Source: a virus (Duplodnaviria > Caudoviricetes). From it: a stretch of DNA of 54,584 nucleotides. The DNA lies in the IMG/VR virus record IMGVR_UViG_3300007512_002354, positions 1-54,584 of that record; one strand, written 5' to 3'. Below the pieces are notes generated by a model. That model ran no database searches, had not been told where the DNA came from, and was given only the letters and a program-made list of their open reading frames with translations. Shown here one piece after another: positions 27,043 to 37,176 of this stretch (positions within the stretch are counted from its first letter, which is position 1; each line of letters starts with the position of its first letter). A program made the position numbers and the translations under genes.

Positions 27043-27773
27043 ATGTTCGACGGAGCAATACTTGGTGTAATAACCTGGGCAAGCATGGTGTTTACCTTCA
27101 TGCACTTACCCAGATTTATAAAAAGATTCCTATTGAGGCATTTTATCATATCGGATATAATAGCCACAGGAATCACATTCTTTTTATTAAGTAGTATATC
27201 CCATAGTATTATGGCTGTAGTTGGATCAATAACTTGTGGACTCTTAGTGAACATATCATTAATGGCCGTAAACAAATTCCAACTTGGAGATAGTAATGCT
27301 AAGCAAACTGCAAGCTCTCTCTGAAGAAAAGAGAGAGATTTTCTTAGAATTTGTATTGCAAGATATAGGTAGCGAATGTAGTATTATCTCAGGAGAAGAA
27401 TACGAAGAATTTAAAAATATCTTAACACAAATACTTGAAAGCAAGAATACAATTGCCATCAGATTACTGTCTTTCTTACTAGGGGAACAAGATTTTGAAT
27501 CTTATTATGACAAATGTCTACCCATGATAGAGGATATTATTGGTGATATAAATGAAGAATAAGAGAGATAGTCTTAGTCAAAGACTAATAGGTTTCTGGA
27601 CGAAGACCAAGTATCTCGTGAGAAAACTATTCATTCAGTTACTCTCCTATATTTTACAAATACTGGCTATTATTCTTGCAATAATCATAGTTATAATAGT
27701 GATTATCAGTGTAATAATAGTTACATTAGTTAAAGCTCTCTACGAGAAAAATGAATCTAAGAAATACGAATAA
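27043..27773 (+). other. Three small ORFs (27043..27324 membrane, 27284..27562, 27552..27773 membrane)
   Basis: Co-oriented, overlapping ends; hydrophobic segments in two. Confidence 0.55.
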
Positions 27774-27784
27774 CTGGAGAATAT

Positions 27785-29800
27785 ATGTTTATATCACAAT
27801 ATAGTGACGGGAGAAAGATTAGAATATTTTCTCTCAGTGAATCCTTTATAGATCAATATAAAGACAAGCAACCCAATTGGGGCCCAGTAGGTTACTTTAC
27901 TTTTAAAAGAACATACGCACGCCCATCAGATCTGAATGGTACGGAAGAATTCTGGGAAACCTGTAAGAGAGTCGTAGAGGGAGTATACAATATACAGAAA
28001 CAACACTGTCGTGTACTACGTTTACCGTGGGATGACCGACAAGCCCAAGCTTCAGCTCAAGAAATGTTTAAAAGAATGTGGGAGTTTAAATTCACCCCAC
28101 CTGGACGCGGCCTATGGATGATGGGTACAGACCTTGTATATGACAAAGGTGCTGCGGCACTAAACAATTGTGCTTTTGTTTCGACGGAAAACATTCATGT
28201 TGAATTTGCAGAACCGTTTTGCTTTCTCATGGATATGTCAATGCTCGGAGTAGGAGTAGGTGGAGACTGCAGAGGTGCAGGAGTAATTAAGCTACAAACA
28301 CCCAAGTATACAGACGAACCTTATGTTGTAGAAGATTCTAGAGAAGGATGGATAGAACTAGTTAGAACGGTGCTGAATTCTTTTACAGGCCGTGGTTCTT
28401 ATCCGTTAACTGTAGATTACTCTAAAGTTCGACCAAGGGGTAGCGCCATTAAAGGTTTTGGTGGCGTAGCGTCTGGTCCAGATCCACTGATAAGATTGAT
28501 TGACAACCTCACTGAATTGTTAACGCCTACAGATGGAAAGAGCTACGCTGTTAGCTCCTCACAAATCGTTGACATATTTAATTATATAGGAAAGTGTGTA
28601 GTTTCAGGTGGAGTACGTCGCACAGCTGAAATAATGTTCGGCAATCCAAACGATGAAGAATTCATAAAGCTAAAGCAAGACAAACATGCATTAATGGATA
28701 GAAGGTGGGCAAGTAATAATTCAATCTTTGCTGAAGTTGGAATGGACTACTCTACCATAGCAGACTCTATTGCCCTAAATGGTGAACCAGGAGCTATCTG
28801 GTTAGAGAACATGAGACATTATGGAAGAATGGCTGACCCATATAATGGTAAAGACTTACGCGTTATGGGTTCGAACCCATGTTCGGAGCAGTCTCTAGAA
28901 GACCACGAACTCTGCTGTTTGGTTGAAACATTTCCAGCTCATCATGAAGATCTAGAAGATTATAAACGAACGCTTAAGTACGCATATCTTTATGCGAAGA
29001 CCGTTACACTGATTCCTACTCATAACAGTAAAACAAATGCAGTTATGATGAGAAACAGAAGAATAGGCTGCAGCATGAGTGGTATTGTACAAGCAATGGA
29101 AAAACTAGGAAGAAGAGAGTTTCTTTCCTGGTGTGACAAGGGGTACAAAACGATTAAAGATTGGGATGACATCTATTCAGAATGGCTCTGTATTCCAAGG
29201 TCCATAAAAGTAACAAGTGTTAAGCCTAGTGGAACAGTATCTCTGCTCTGCGGAGCAACCCCAGGTATACACTACCCCCACAGTGAGTATTATATTAGAA
29301 ATATAAGAGTACAAAATACATCTCCACTTTTAGAAGCGTGTCTTAAAGCGGGGTATCCCGTTGAAGAAGATGCTTATTCAGACGACACATCGGTTGTATC
29401 ATTTCCAGTTCAAGAATCATTTTATTCTAAATCGAAAAACGATATAACTATTTGGGAACAGTTCGCAAATGCAGCTGCGCTCCAAAAGTGGTGGGCTGAC
29501 AATCAAGTATCAATTACTATTACATTCACTAGTGCAGAGGCCAGTGTTATTAAAACGTGTTTAGAAATATATGAAACACAACTTAAATCCGTATCTCTTT
29601 TACCATTAAATGAAAAAGAACATGGATATGTACAGGCCCCATATGTCGAGATCACTAAAAATGAATATGAAAGCATGCTTAAGGTGTTAAAACCTTTGGA
29701 TCTATCCTTGGCAACTCACGAAGCAGAAGACAAATTCTGTGACGGAGAAACGTGTGAAATAAAATTTGACACAAACGAGAGTGAAGATCATGCAAATTAA
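27785..29800 (+). CDS. nrdJ: Class II (adenosylcobalamin-dependent) ribonucleotide reductase, monomeric RTPR type
   Basis: KRTYAR, PPGRGLW, ALNNC, GGVRRTAE, NPCSEQ..CCLVE, VKPSGTVS, C-terminal FCDGETC. Confidence 0.95.
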   Translation: MFISQYSDGRKIRIFSLSESFIDQYKDKQPNWGPVGYFTFKRTYARPSDLNGTEEFWETCKRVVEGVYNIQKQHCRVLRLPWDDRQAQASAQEMFKRMWEFKFTPPGRGLWMMGTDLVYDKGAAALNNCAFVSTENIHVEFAEPFCFLMDMSMLGVGVGGDCRGAGVIKLQTPKYTDEPYVVEDSREGWIELVRTVLNSFTGRGSYPLTVDYSKVRPRGSAIKGFGGVASGPDPLIRLIDNLTELLTPTDGKSYAVSSSQIVDIFNYIGKCVVSGGVRRTAEIMFGNPNDEEFIKLKQDKHALMDRRWASNNSIFAEVGMDYSTIADSIALNGEPGAIWLENMRHYGRMADPYNGKDLRVMGSNPCSEQSLEDHELCCLVETFPAHHEDLEDYKRTLKYAYLYAKTVTLIPTHNSKTNAVMMRNRRIGCSMSGIVQAMEKLGRREFLSWCDKGYKTIKDWDDIYSEWLCIPRSIKVTSVKPSGTVSLLCGATPGIHYPHSEYYIRNIRVQNTSPLLEACLKAGYPVEEDAYSDDTSVVSFPVQESFYSKSKNDITIWEQFANAAALQKWWADNQVSITITFTSAEASVIKTCLEIYETQLKSVSLLPLNEKEHGYVQAPYVEITKNEYESMLKVLKPLDLSLATHEAEDKFCDGETCEIKFDTNESEDHAN

Positions 29801-30116
29801 TGAGCTTGTCAAAGAAGCTCATAAGCTTTCAGTGGAGAAGGGATGGCACCAAATCGAAAGATCGGTGCCTGAACTTCTCTGCTTAATACATTCTGAGTTA
29901 AGTGAAGCTTTAGAAGAATACCGAAACGGCAAAGATACAAATGAGATATACTATGTAAGTGGTAAGCCCGAAGGGATACCTATAGAACTTGCTGACGCTG
30001 TTATAAGAATTGCAGATTTATGCGGACTGCATAATATAGATCTAGAAGAGGCAATAAAAATAAAAGCTACTTACAATAAAACACGATCCCACCGACACGG
30101 TGGGAAAGTCTGCTAG
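29790..30116 (+). CDS. MazG-like NTP pyrophosphohydrolase
   Basis: LIHSELSEALE ... ELADAVIRIAD ... YNKTRSHRHG. Confidence 0.88.
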   Translation: MQINELVKEAHKLSVEKGWHQIERSVPELLCLIHSELSEALEEYRNGKDTNEIYYVSGKPEGIPIELADAVIRIADLCGLHNIDLEEAIKIKATYNKTRSHRHGGKVC

Positions 30117-30131
30117 AAATAGGGTATTTAT

Positions 30132-30710
30132 ATGGGATCAGAAGATTACAACACGTTGCTACACGCAATACTCAAACAGGCCATGGATGACTATATAAAA
30201 TTACAGCATCCAAAATTTAGAAAAAAGAAATATTTACAAGAAGCATTCGATAGCGCTGTTGATATGTTTTTTGATTCAGAATTCAGTATGCTTCACCTAA
30301 CAAATGATATGGGTGAAGAAATGAATCTAAAAGATATGATAACTCAATTACTCGATGATGATAGAGCCAATCTAGATAAAATGAGAAAACATATTATTGA
30401 AGGCGCCAGATCTTTTTGGGAAACAAAACTAGTGAACACTCTTTACATACCTAAAAGCTTTATTTACGACGGACATGTTTATATAGTACAACACACAGAA
30501 GAACTCGATCCAGAAATAGATTTTGAAAAAAAGATTATTACTTTAAATCGAAAAGAAGAAGATTCTGAAAATCAAGAAAGATTTGTCTTAGTGGCTTTGC
30601 AAGTAATGCTATATCATGAAGACATAGGTATCAGTCAAAAGAATATAGAGAAACTAGGTAAAGCACTATTTCGGATGCTTCGAATAAACTCATGCTTTAC
30701 TGGTGACTAA
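30132..30710 (+). CDS. Hypothetical protein
   Basis: 192-aa ORF. Confidence 0.65.
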   Translation: MGSEDYNTLLHAILKQAMDDYIKLQHPKFRKKKYLQEAFDSAVDMFFDSEFSMLHLTNDMGEEMNLKDMITQLLDDDRANLDKMRKHIIEGARSFWETKLVNTLYIPKSFIYDGHVYIVQHTEELDPEIDFEKKIITLNRKEEDSENQERFVLVALQVMLYHEDIGISQKNIEKLGKALFRMLRINSCFTGD

Positions 30711-31147
30711 GAAAACTTATTGAATTTCTCAAAAGCACTGTCAGGTAAAACCTCAACCAGTTCTGTAGAGTTATATTCTTTGTCAGCTGGATGAATGATT
30801 AGCTTTGCACCGACAGCCTTGACGGTGCTAGCTTCATACAGTGTATCTTCAGAATAATCTGGCCCCTTAATATAGTACTTAGGCTTTAAAGTCCTAATTA
30901 ATTTAGAAGGCTCGTCTTCTATAAAGACAACTACATCCTTAACAAAAATATTATTTCTCAATACATAAGCTCTGTCAACAAGAGGTACTGCATTGTCTCC
31001 ATACTTCTTTTGTAAGTATGGATCTGCATTAATGCCAACTGTGACCTCTCCATACTTACTGGCAAACTCTAATAAACGAACATGTCCAGCATGAACGATA
31101 TTAAAAGTACCAGTAACTAATACTTCTACAGACAAGGGGAACTCCAA
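30707..31147 (-). CDS. Cytidylyl/adenylyltransferase (RfaE domain II/HldC/TagD-like)
   Basis: GTFNIVHAGH, VGINAD, KGPDY, ST motif. Confidence 0.85.
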   Translation of the reverse strand: MEFPLSVEVLVTGTFNIVHAGHVRLLEFASKYGEVTVGINADPYLQKKYGDNAVPLVDRAYVLRNNIFVKDVVVFIEDEPSKLIRTLKPKYYIKGPDYSEDTLYEASTVKAVGAKLIIHPADKEYNSTELVEVLPDSAFEKFNKFS

Positions 31148-31671
31148 TGATGGAAATAGAAGCAGGATACGTTTTCCTGTTCGTGATAATTACGCTTCTT
31201 GGATTGCTTCTCTATTTTATACAAAAAACTAACTTCCTAAAGAGAGAGATTAAACAAATATGTGTTAATAATAACATGTTGAGTGCTAAATTTACCTCTT
31301 TGGAGAGGGAATATAACATAAAATATGAATCTTGGCGTACAACTCAAGAGCGAAAAGTAAGAAAAGACGCAACAAAAAGATCTCGTAACATAATGAGAGG
31401 ACAGGCCACAGAGCACTTGGCCCCGTATATGTTTACAAATAAATTAAATCCGAAAGACTTTAGATTTCTTGGGAACCCAATAGATTATATTGTGTTCTCT
31501 GGATGCTCAGATGTCACCGATGGTGTATCTGACACAATCGAAAAAGTTATATTAATAGATATTAAAACAGGTACAAGTAAACTAAACAAAGTCCAACGCA
31601 GGATAAGAGATGCGGTAAAAGAAGGAAGAGTTGAATTCTTAACCTATAACCCTGATAAAACAAATGACTAA
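31147..31671 (+). CDS. Holliday-junction-resolvase-related endonuclease with N-terminal TM segment
   Basis: RKDATKRSR...GQATEHLAPY, DFRFLGNPIDYIVF, DIKTG, QRRIRDAV. Confidence 0.82.
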   Translation: MMEIEAGYVFLFVIITLLGLLLYFIQKTNFLKREIKQICVNNNMLSAKFTSLEREYNIKYESWRTTQERKVRKDATKRSRNIMRGQATEHLAPYMFTNKLNPKDFRFLGNPIDYIVFSGCSDVTDGVSDTIEKVILIDIKTGTSKLNKVQRRIRDAVKEGRVEFLTYNPDKTND

Positions 31672-32107
31672 TCAAAGAACAAACTGGAACCAATACTTTA
31701 TTGATGTTGCTTACGTTGTTGCTTCACGAGCAACATGTAGTAGAAAGCATGTAGGTGCAGTTATAGTCAGAGATAAAAGAATTTTATCTACTGGGTATAA
31801 TGGGTCAATATCGGGTCAACCACACTGTAACGACGAAGGACACATGTTAGAAAATAATCATTGTGTCAGAACCATTCATGCCGAAATGAATGCAATTGCT
31901 CAAGCTGCGAGAAGCGGCGTAGCAATAGATAATGCAGATATATACGTAACAGCATCACCTTGTTGGAACTGTTTTAAAGTTATAATTAATAGTGGTATTA
32001 AGAAAATATACTATGATGAGTTCTACAATGATGATAGAATATTTCCCATAGCAGAGGCTGCTAGTATTAAGTTAGAGCAAATTAAAAGGAGTTCACATGG
32101 AAAATGA
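31664..32107 (+). CDS. dCMP deaminase
   Basis: RATCSRKHVGAV, GYNG, HAEMNA, PCWNC. Confidence 0.93.
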   Translation: MTNQRTNWNQYFIDVAYVVASRATCSRKHVGAVIVRDKRILSTGYNGSISGQPHCNDEGHMLENNHCVRTIHAEMNAIAQAARSGVAIDNADIYVTASPCWNCFKVIINSGIKKIYYDEFYNDDRIFPIAEAASIKLEQIKRSSHGK

Positions 32108-32429
32108 TATTAAAGATGATCTAAAACCTAAACCGCCTGCTAAGTTAGCCCCACAGGGCATTAGAACCTTTACAGTCTGCAGACAAGTAGACGAAACTGG
32201 TGTATCTGGCGAAGGTATTGTGATCGAGGGAGCCGTGCTTGGAACTGGTCAGTGTATTGTTCACTGGCTATATCCACCGCCTAGAGGTGGTATAGCAATC
32301 TTCGACTCTATGAATGATTTTCTGAACGTACATGTATTTCCACACCCTGCAAATCGGACCATTATTACATTTGCAGATGGAGAGCAAGAAATGTATCCAC
32401 CCCTAACAACGAGTGAAAACTCACAGTAA
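32097..32429 (+). CDS. Hypothetical protein
   Basis: DETGVSGEGIVIEG; AGGAG RBS. Confidence 0.7.
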   Translation: MENDIKDDLKPKPPAKLAPQGIRTFTVCRQVDETGVSGEGIVIEGAVLGTGQCIVHWLYPPPRGGIAIFDSMNDFLNVHVFPHPANRTIITFADGEQEMYPPLTTSENSQ

Positions 32430-32438
32430 AAGGAAAAA

Positions 32439-33539
32439 ATGGCAATCAAGAAAATTACAGGCATCAACGAGATTGATGCAATAGCTCATGCACTTTCGAA
32501 AAAGTTTGGTGGAAAAGATATTCTTTCACTTGGTCCAAAGTTTGAAACTGCAAACCCAATATCAACTGGTAGCCTCTACCTAGACTGTCAACTAGGCATA
32601 GGTGGTATTCCAGATGATAGGGTAATTGAAATATTCGGCCCCCCATCAGCCGGTAAGACCTCTTTGGCCTTACAATTGGTGGCAAATTATATAAATCAGA
32701 GAGGCTATGATAGGCCTCCCGTGTTTATTGACCTAGAAAGAACAACTGGTATCGACCTTGTTAAATCAATGGGTATTGATCCTGATAAAGTAATCTTTTG
32801 TTATCCTGATACTGCAGAAGAAGCATTACAAGTAGCAATTGATCTAGGTCTAAGCGGAGCTGTAGGACTAGTTATCTTCGATTCAATCGATGCAGCTCAA
32901 GCTGAAAAAGAAACTAAACGACAAATGTCAGAAATGGGTGTTGGTGATTTACCTAGAATAATGTCCAAAGCAATGAGAACGATATCAAAAGTCTGTGTTG
33001 ACAAGCAGGTTTGTTACATTTTTATTAATCAAATAAGAATGAAAATCGGCGTAATGTATGGTAATCCAGAAACTACAAGTGGTGGAAATGCTCTTCCATT
33101 TTACTCATCAGTAAGAATGAGAGTATCTTCAAAGCCTTCCAAAGAGAAGCCAAATACACTTGAAATGAAAGTTGTAGTTAAGAAAAATAAAATGGCACCT
33201 GCCTTAAACAAGGCGGCTGAATTTGATTTTATCTGCGGACAAGGAACGGATCCCTATACAGATCTAATTACATTCTGTAAAGATATGGGTATCCTGCGAT
33301 TTGCAGGTTCAGCTGTTAAGATGAGGTTGCCAGAACAAGAAGAAACAACCATATGTACTGGAGGAAAAGCTGGTGCAATCCAATACCTCAAACTTAACGA
33401 AGAAGCTTATACAGAACTTAGAGAGGCTTGCTATTCCCAGAGCGGAATATCCGCTCCTGGAGGAGAAGATACAAGAGGTGATAAGAATGATCAAGAAGCA
33501 GGAAAAGTTATCCCCCTTACAAAAGAAAGCAGTAGCTGA
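32439..33539 (+). CDS. recA: RecA-like recombinase
   Basis: ISTGSLYLD..LGIGGIP, GPPSAGKT, FINQIRMKIGVMYGNPETTSGGNALPFY, KNKMAP. Confidence 0.96.
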   Translation: MAIKKITGINEIDAIAHALSKKFGGKDILSLGPKFETANPISTGSLYLDCQLGIGGIPDDRVIEIFGPPSAGKTSLALQLVANYINQRGYDRPPVFIDLERTTGIDLVKSMGIDPDKVIFCYPDTAEEALQVAIDLGLSGAVGLVIFDSIDAAQAEKETKRQMSEMGVGDLPRIMSKAMRTISKVCVDKQVCYIFINQIRMKIGVMYGNPETTSGGNALPFYSSVRMRVSSKPSKEKPNTLEMKVVVKKNKMAPALNKAAEFDFICGQGTDPYTDLITFCKDMGILRFAGSAVKMRLPEQEETTICTGGKAGAIQYLKLNEEAYTELREACYSQSGISAPGGEDTRGDKNDQEAGKVIPLTKESSS

Positions 33540-33816
33540 TAACGTATCAGAAATCGTTCTTGCGTTTGAAGATAACTCTGGTAATGAACTGACAGTTCAA
33601 TGCCAAACTACTGGCAAGGATATTTTTGTAATGCAAAACGGAAAGAAAACTTCAATTGACAGTCACGGAAAATGTCGAGACTGTGGAGTGTACTTCCATA
33701 TTGATGGACTTGAAACTGGTGAAGGAATGAGCAGGGCTTCATGGCCAATCTGCTACAAGGGATTTTATTGCTTAGAGTGCTATAGCAAACCAATTGACTA
33801 ACTAAAGGAGACCGAC

Positions 33817-35106
33817 ATGAAAGATTTTGTACATCTTCATGTTCATACGGAGTACTCCCTTTTAGATGGTATCAACCGAGTCAAAACATTACCTGAGCAT
33901 ATAAAGAACCTCGGGCAACGTTCACTCGCGATTACAGATCACGGAAATGTAAGCGGATCTTATAGATTTTATAAATCTTGTAAAAAAGTAGGGATACAAC
34001 CAATTATAGGTATGGAAGCCTACTATACTATCAACGATAGAACAGTTAGAGAAGTAGACGACTTAGGAGAATCTTATTACCACCTGATACTAATAGCTCT
34101 AAACAATAAAGGACTACACAACTTATATAAGTTATCAAGTTTCGCCTATACGCAAGGCATGTATAGGAAGCCAAGACTTGATGATATCCTACTCGGTGAA
34201 TATGGCGAAGGCATTTGTGCAACAACCGCCTGCCTTGGATCCAGGATATCCCAACTAATATTAAAAGACAGAGTAAAAGAAGCTGAAATGATGATTGATC
34301 ATCATAGAGCTTTGTTCTCTAATAGATTCTTAATAGAGCTACAACTCCACGAAATGGAAGATCAACAAATAGTAAATAAAGTTCTTATGGAAATAGCATT
34401 GAGAAAAAACATCCCAATGGTATTAACTAATGACTGTCACTATACTCATGAATTAGATAAACAACTACACGAAGCTGCTCTATGCATGCAAACTAAGACA
34501 ACACTATCCAATGAGAATAGATTCACTTTTGGAGAAATAGATGTCCATGTTGCTTCCCATGATTGGATGAAAGCAAAAGCTGAAGAGCAAGGAATACCCT
34601 ACGAAGCAATTCGGAATACAGTACATGTAGCAGACATGGTGGATTCTAACGATTACTTCACTGATAGAATGAATCGCTATCCTAGGTATAAAGATGTTCC
34701 AGAGAATCTAAAGTCTTGGCAATTTTTAGAGATAGAAGCAAAGCAAGGCCTGTATAATAGATTCAAAGGTATGCCACCTGACAGCTACAAAAGCAGATTA
34801 GACGAAGAGCTTACTACAATTAAGAAGATGGGCTTCTCAGACTACATGCTTATTGTTGCACAGTTTATGAACGGTGCAAGGGATGTAGGAGTGCTACATG
34901 GACCCGGAAGGGGTTCTGCAGCAGGCTCATTGGTTGCTTATGCATTAAAAATAACCGAAGTAGATCCAATTAAATATGGATTGCTCTTCGCTAGATTTTT
35001 AAACAGTGGCAGAGGAGCTACTCCTCTAATATTTGATCAAGAGCTAGCAAGTAAAATTGATTGCAGTAAGCATCATCCTAACGGCAAGTGCCCCTCCTGT
35101 GAGTAA
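33817..35106 (+). CDS. dnaE: DNA polymerase III alpha, fragment 1 (PHP domain and start of palm)
   Basis: FVHLHVHTEYSLLDG, AITDHG, TNDCHY, GPGRGSAAGSLVAY, LLFARFLNSGR, then a short non-conserved tail. Confidence 0.95.
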   Translation: MKDFVHLHVHTEYSLLDGINRVKTLPEHIKNLGQRSLAITDHGNVSGSYRFYKSCKKVGIQPIIGMEAYYTINDRTVREVDDLGESYYHLILIALNNKGLHNLYKLSSFAYTQGMYRKPRLDDILLGEYGEGICATTACLGSRISQLILKDRVKEAEMMIDHHRALFSNRFLIELQLHEMEDQQIVNKVLMEIALRKNIPMVLTNDCHYTHELDKQLHEAALCMQTKTTLSNENRFTFGEIDVHVASHDWMKAKAEEQGIPYEAIRNTVHVADMVDSNDYFTDRMNRYPRYKDVPENLKSWQFLEIEAKQGLYNRFKGMPPDSYKSRLDEELTTIKKMGFSDYMLIVAQFMNGARDVGVLHGPGRGSAAGSLVAYALKITEVDPIKYGLLFARFLNSGRGATPLIFDQELASKIDCSKHHPNGKCPSCE

Positions 35107-35115
35107 CAGGAGGGG
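35091..35115. promoter_or_regulatory. Perfect 10-bp hairpin over the dnaE fragment 1 stop codon
   Basis: CCCCTCCTGT-GAGTA-ACAGGAGGGG; no T-tract on either side. Confidence 0.6.
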
Positions 35116-35179
35116 ATACTTAACAACCGTTTTTACACCTAGCTACTGGTCGCAACATCCATCTTTTCATACTACACCT

Positions 35180-35560
35180 CTACCAAAGTATTAGAGTCAT
35201 AACACCCGTCAGAGCAGTATCAGTCACAGTACCACACTCAAAAGACTCAATACCCAAGCCCTCTGGGGTGCGGGGAAGAGTTGAATCTAAAGTAATTGTA
35301 GCAATATTTGCTGCAGTAGGTAGCAGCCACTTTAAAACGGTAACATCACACTGACTCTCTCTCGGAGATACGACTCTCCGAAGATTGTTGAGAACAATAT
35401 CAACTTCATCATTTGTTGGATCTACTATTACTGCTTGTATACCTCTTGCAGGTCGACCAAGTATTGCCTTGCAATCGATTTGATTTCCCGAAGAAACGTC
35501 GACTGTAGCACTTTGTAAAGTATTATAGCGACCGGTTGAAGAACTTGAAGAAAAACCCAT
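35180..35560 (-). CDS. Hypothetical protein inserted antisense between dnaE fragments 1 and 2
   Basis: ORF with AGGAG RBS 8 nt before ATG 35560; no nuclease motif. Confidence 0.65.
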   Translation of the reverse strand: MGFSSSSSTGRYNTLQSATVDVSSGNQIDCKAILGRPARGIQAVIVDPTNDEVDIVLNNLRRVVSPRESQCDVTVLKWLLPTAANIATITLDSTLPRTPEGLGIESFECGTVTDTALTGVMTLILW

Positions 35561-35573
35561 TTGGAGCACTCCT

Positions 35574-37166
35574 ATGATTAAACAAATTAAAAAATACTAT
35601 ATACCTGATCGTTTATCTCAAGTAGACAGTGACTTCCTTTCTTTCGAGGAGGAAATGATCTCCTCTACAGATCAGGAAAGAATACTAACACTATTAAATA
35701 ACAATATGAAAGCAAAAATCTCTAACCCTTACAATAGTATCATATTATATATATGCGGTCTAAGCAATGAATTCAACTTTCAGACAGAAAGATCTGAAAC
35801 TATTGACGGTAGTCCACCTGATATCGATATTGATCATGACGCTTTAGAACGTGAAAAAGCAATTGAATGGGCTGTTGAATACTGGGGTAGAGATCAAGTC
35901 GCCAACATAATTACACACGGAACTTTTAAGCCAAAATCATTAGCAAGATCTTATTACAGGGTTACTGAAGGCCCAACTACAGAGCTGAGTGATATCTTAA
36001 AGATGATACCTCCTCCCAAATACGGGAGAGAAGCAACTCTTGAAGAAATCACAACAGCACATCCTGAATTAAAAGAAGATAAAACATACGACAGCTTTTA
36101 CTCAGCTGCAGAAAAGCTTGAGAATATGGTATCAAACTTTGGAATCCATGCCGCAGGTATTGTTATATCCAATTTTCCAATTTCAGATGTTGTTCCAACC
36201 TGGAAAAACGGAAAAGCAGACTTGATCACCCAGTTTGATAAAAACGAAGTAGAAGAACTAGGCTTAATCAAATTCGATTTCCTAGGAATTGATACACTAT
36301 CTATTATAAAAGAAGCTCTCAGCTTGATAAAGCAAGAGAAAGATTTGGAAATAGATCCATATGCAATTGAAGATGAAGATCCAAAAACCTATACTATGAT
36401 GGAACACGGATTACTAACTGGAGTATTCCAGATGGAAACTTCAGGTATGGCAAAGAGACTAATAAAAAGAATTAAGCCAAAAAATATTAACGAGCTAAGC
36501 GACATTAGTGCACTCAATAGACCTGGGCCTTTACAGGCCCAGCTTGACGAACAATATATATTAAACAAAAACAACGGATACCCACCAGACGATCTACCAT
36601 CAGAACTTGCTAAAGTTCTTGAAGGAAGCTATTGGACACTAGTATACCAAGAGCAAGTAATGGCAATTTGTTCTGACCTTGCAGGATTCACAGAGAAAGA
36701 GTCTGATGATATCAGAAGAGCAATGGGAAAGAAGGATGCAAAAGTGCTAAACGCTTATAAAGAGAAATTCCTAAAAGGAATCTCAGAAAACGGAGCACTT
36801 AGCACCAGCTATAGTGAAGACCTATGGGAATCTCTAGTTGGTTTTGCAGACTATTGTCTTGAAGGAAGCACAAGAATACTAACCATTGAAAATGGACCAG
36901 TATCTGTTCGTGAAATAGTTGAAAATAAGCAAAAGGTAACTGTACTATCTGTAGATCAAGATGATATGATAGTTGCTCAAGAGATTAGTCAATGGCATAA
37001 TAATGGCCACAAAGATGTATACAGGTATACACTGTCAAATGAATTAGAAATTATTTGTACAGAAGATCATAAATTTATGACTGAAGATGGAGAAATGAAA
37101 ACCATAGATGATATCTATAGTAACGATTTGTCAATCTCAGTTAAAAAATTAATCTATTTATCGTAG
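35574..37166 (+). CDS. dnaE: DNA polymerase III alpha, fragment 2 (palm/thumb/fingers) fused to an N-intein
   Basis: SPPDIDID, GIHAAGIV, GLIKFDFLG, GVFQME, ALNRPGP, YQEQVM, RRAMGKK, FADY followed by intein. Confidence 0.96.
   Translation: MIKQIKKYYIPDRLSQVDSDFLSFEEEMISSTDQERILTLLNNNMKAKISNPYNSIILYICGLSNEFNFQTERSETIDGSPPDIDIDHDALEREKAIEWAVEYWGRDQVANIITHGTFKPKSLARSYYRVTEGPTTELSDILKMIPPPKYGREATLEEITTAHPELKEDKTYDSFYSAAEKLENMVSNFGIHAAGIVISNFPISDVVPTWKNGKADLITQFDKNEVEELGLIKFDFLGIDTLSIIKEALSLIKQEKDLEIDPYAIEDEDPKTYTMMEHGLLTGVFQMETSGMAKRLIKRIKPKNINELSDISALNRPGPLQAQLDEQYILNKNNGYPPDDLPSELAKVLEGSYWTLVYQEQVMAICSDLAGFTEKESDDIRRAMGKKDAKVLNAYKEKFLKGISENGALSTSYSEDLWESLVGFADYCLEGSTRILTIENGPVSVREIVENKQKVTVLSVDQDDMIVAQEISQWHNNGHKDVYRYTLSNELEIICTEDHKFMTEDGEMKTIDDIYSNDLSISVKKLIYLS
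36855..37163 (+). mobile_element. Split intein, N-terminal half (103 aa)
   Basis: Starts CLEGSTRILT after FADY; QWHNNG; block B CTEDHKFMT; ends at a stop codon. Confidence 0.95.
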
Positions 37167-37176
37167 GAGGCTAGAT

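Noticed and set aside
27785-33539. Inteins in nrdJ or recA
   Set aside because: Lengths are normal, motifs are contiguous and no intein blocks are visible.
35107-35573. Group I/II intron or ribosomal bypass joining dnaE fragments 1 and 2
   Set aside because: I could see no intron core or maturase/endonuclease; the gap holds an antisense ORF with its own RBS and fragment 2 has its own RBS. Not excluded without a covariance-model search or RT-PCR.
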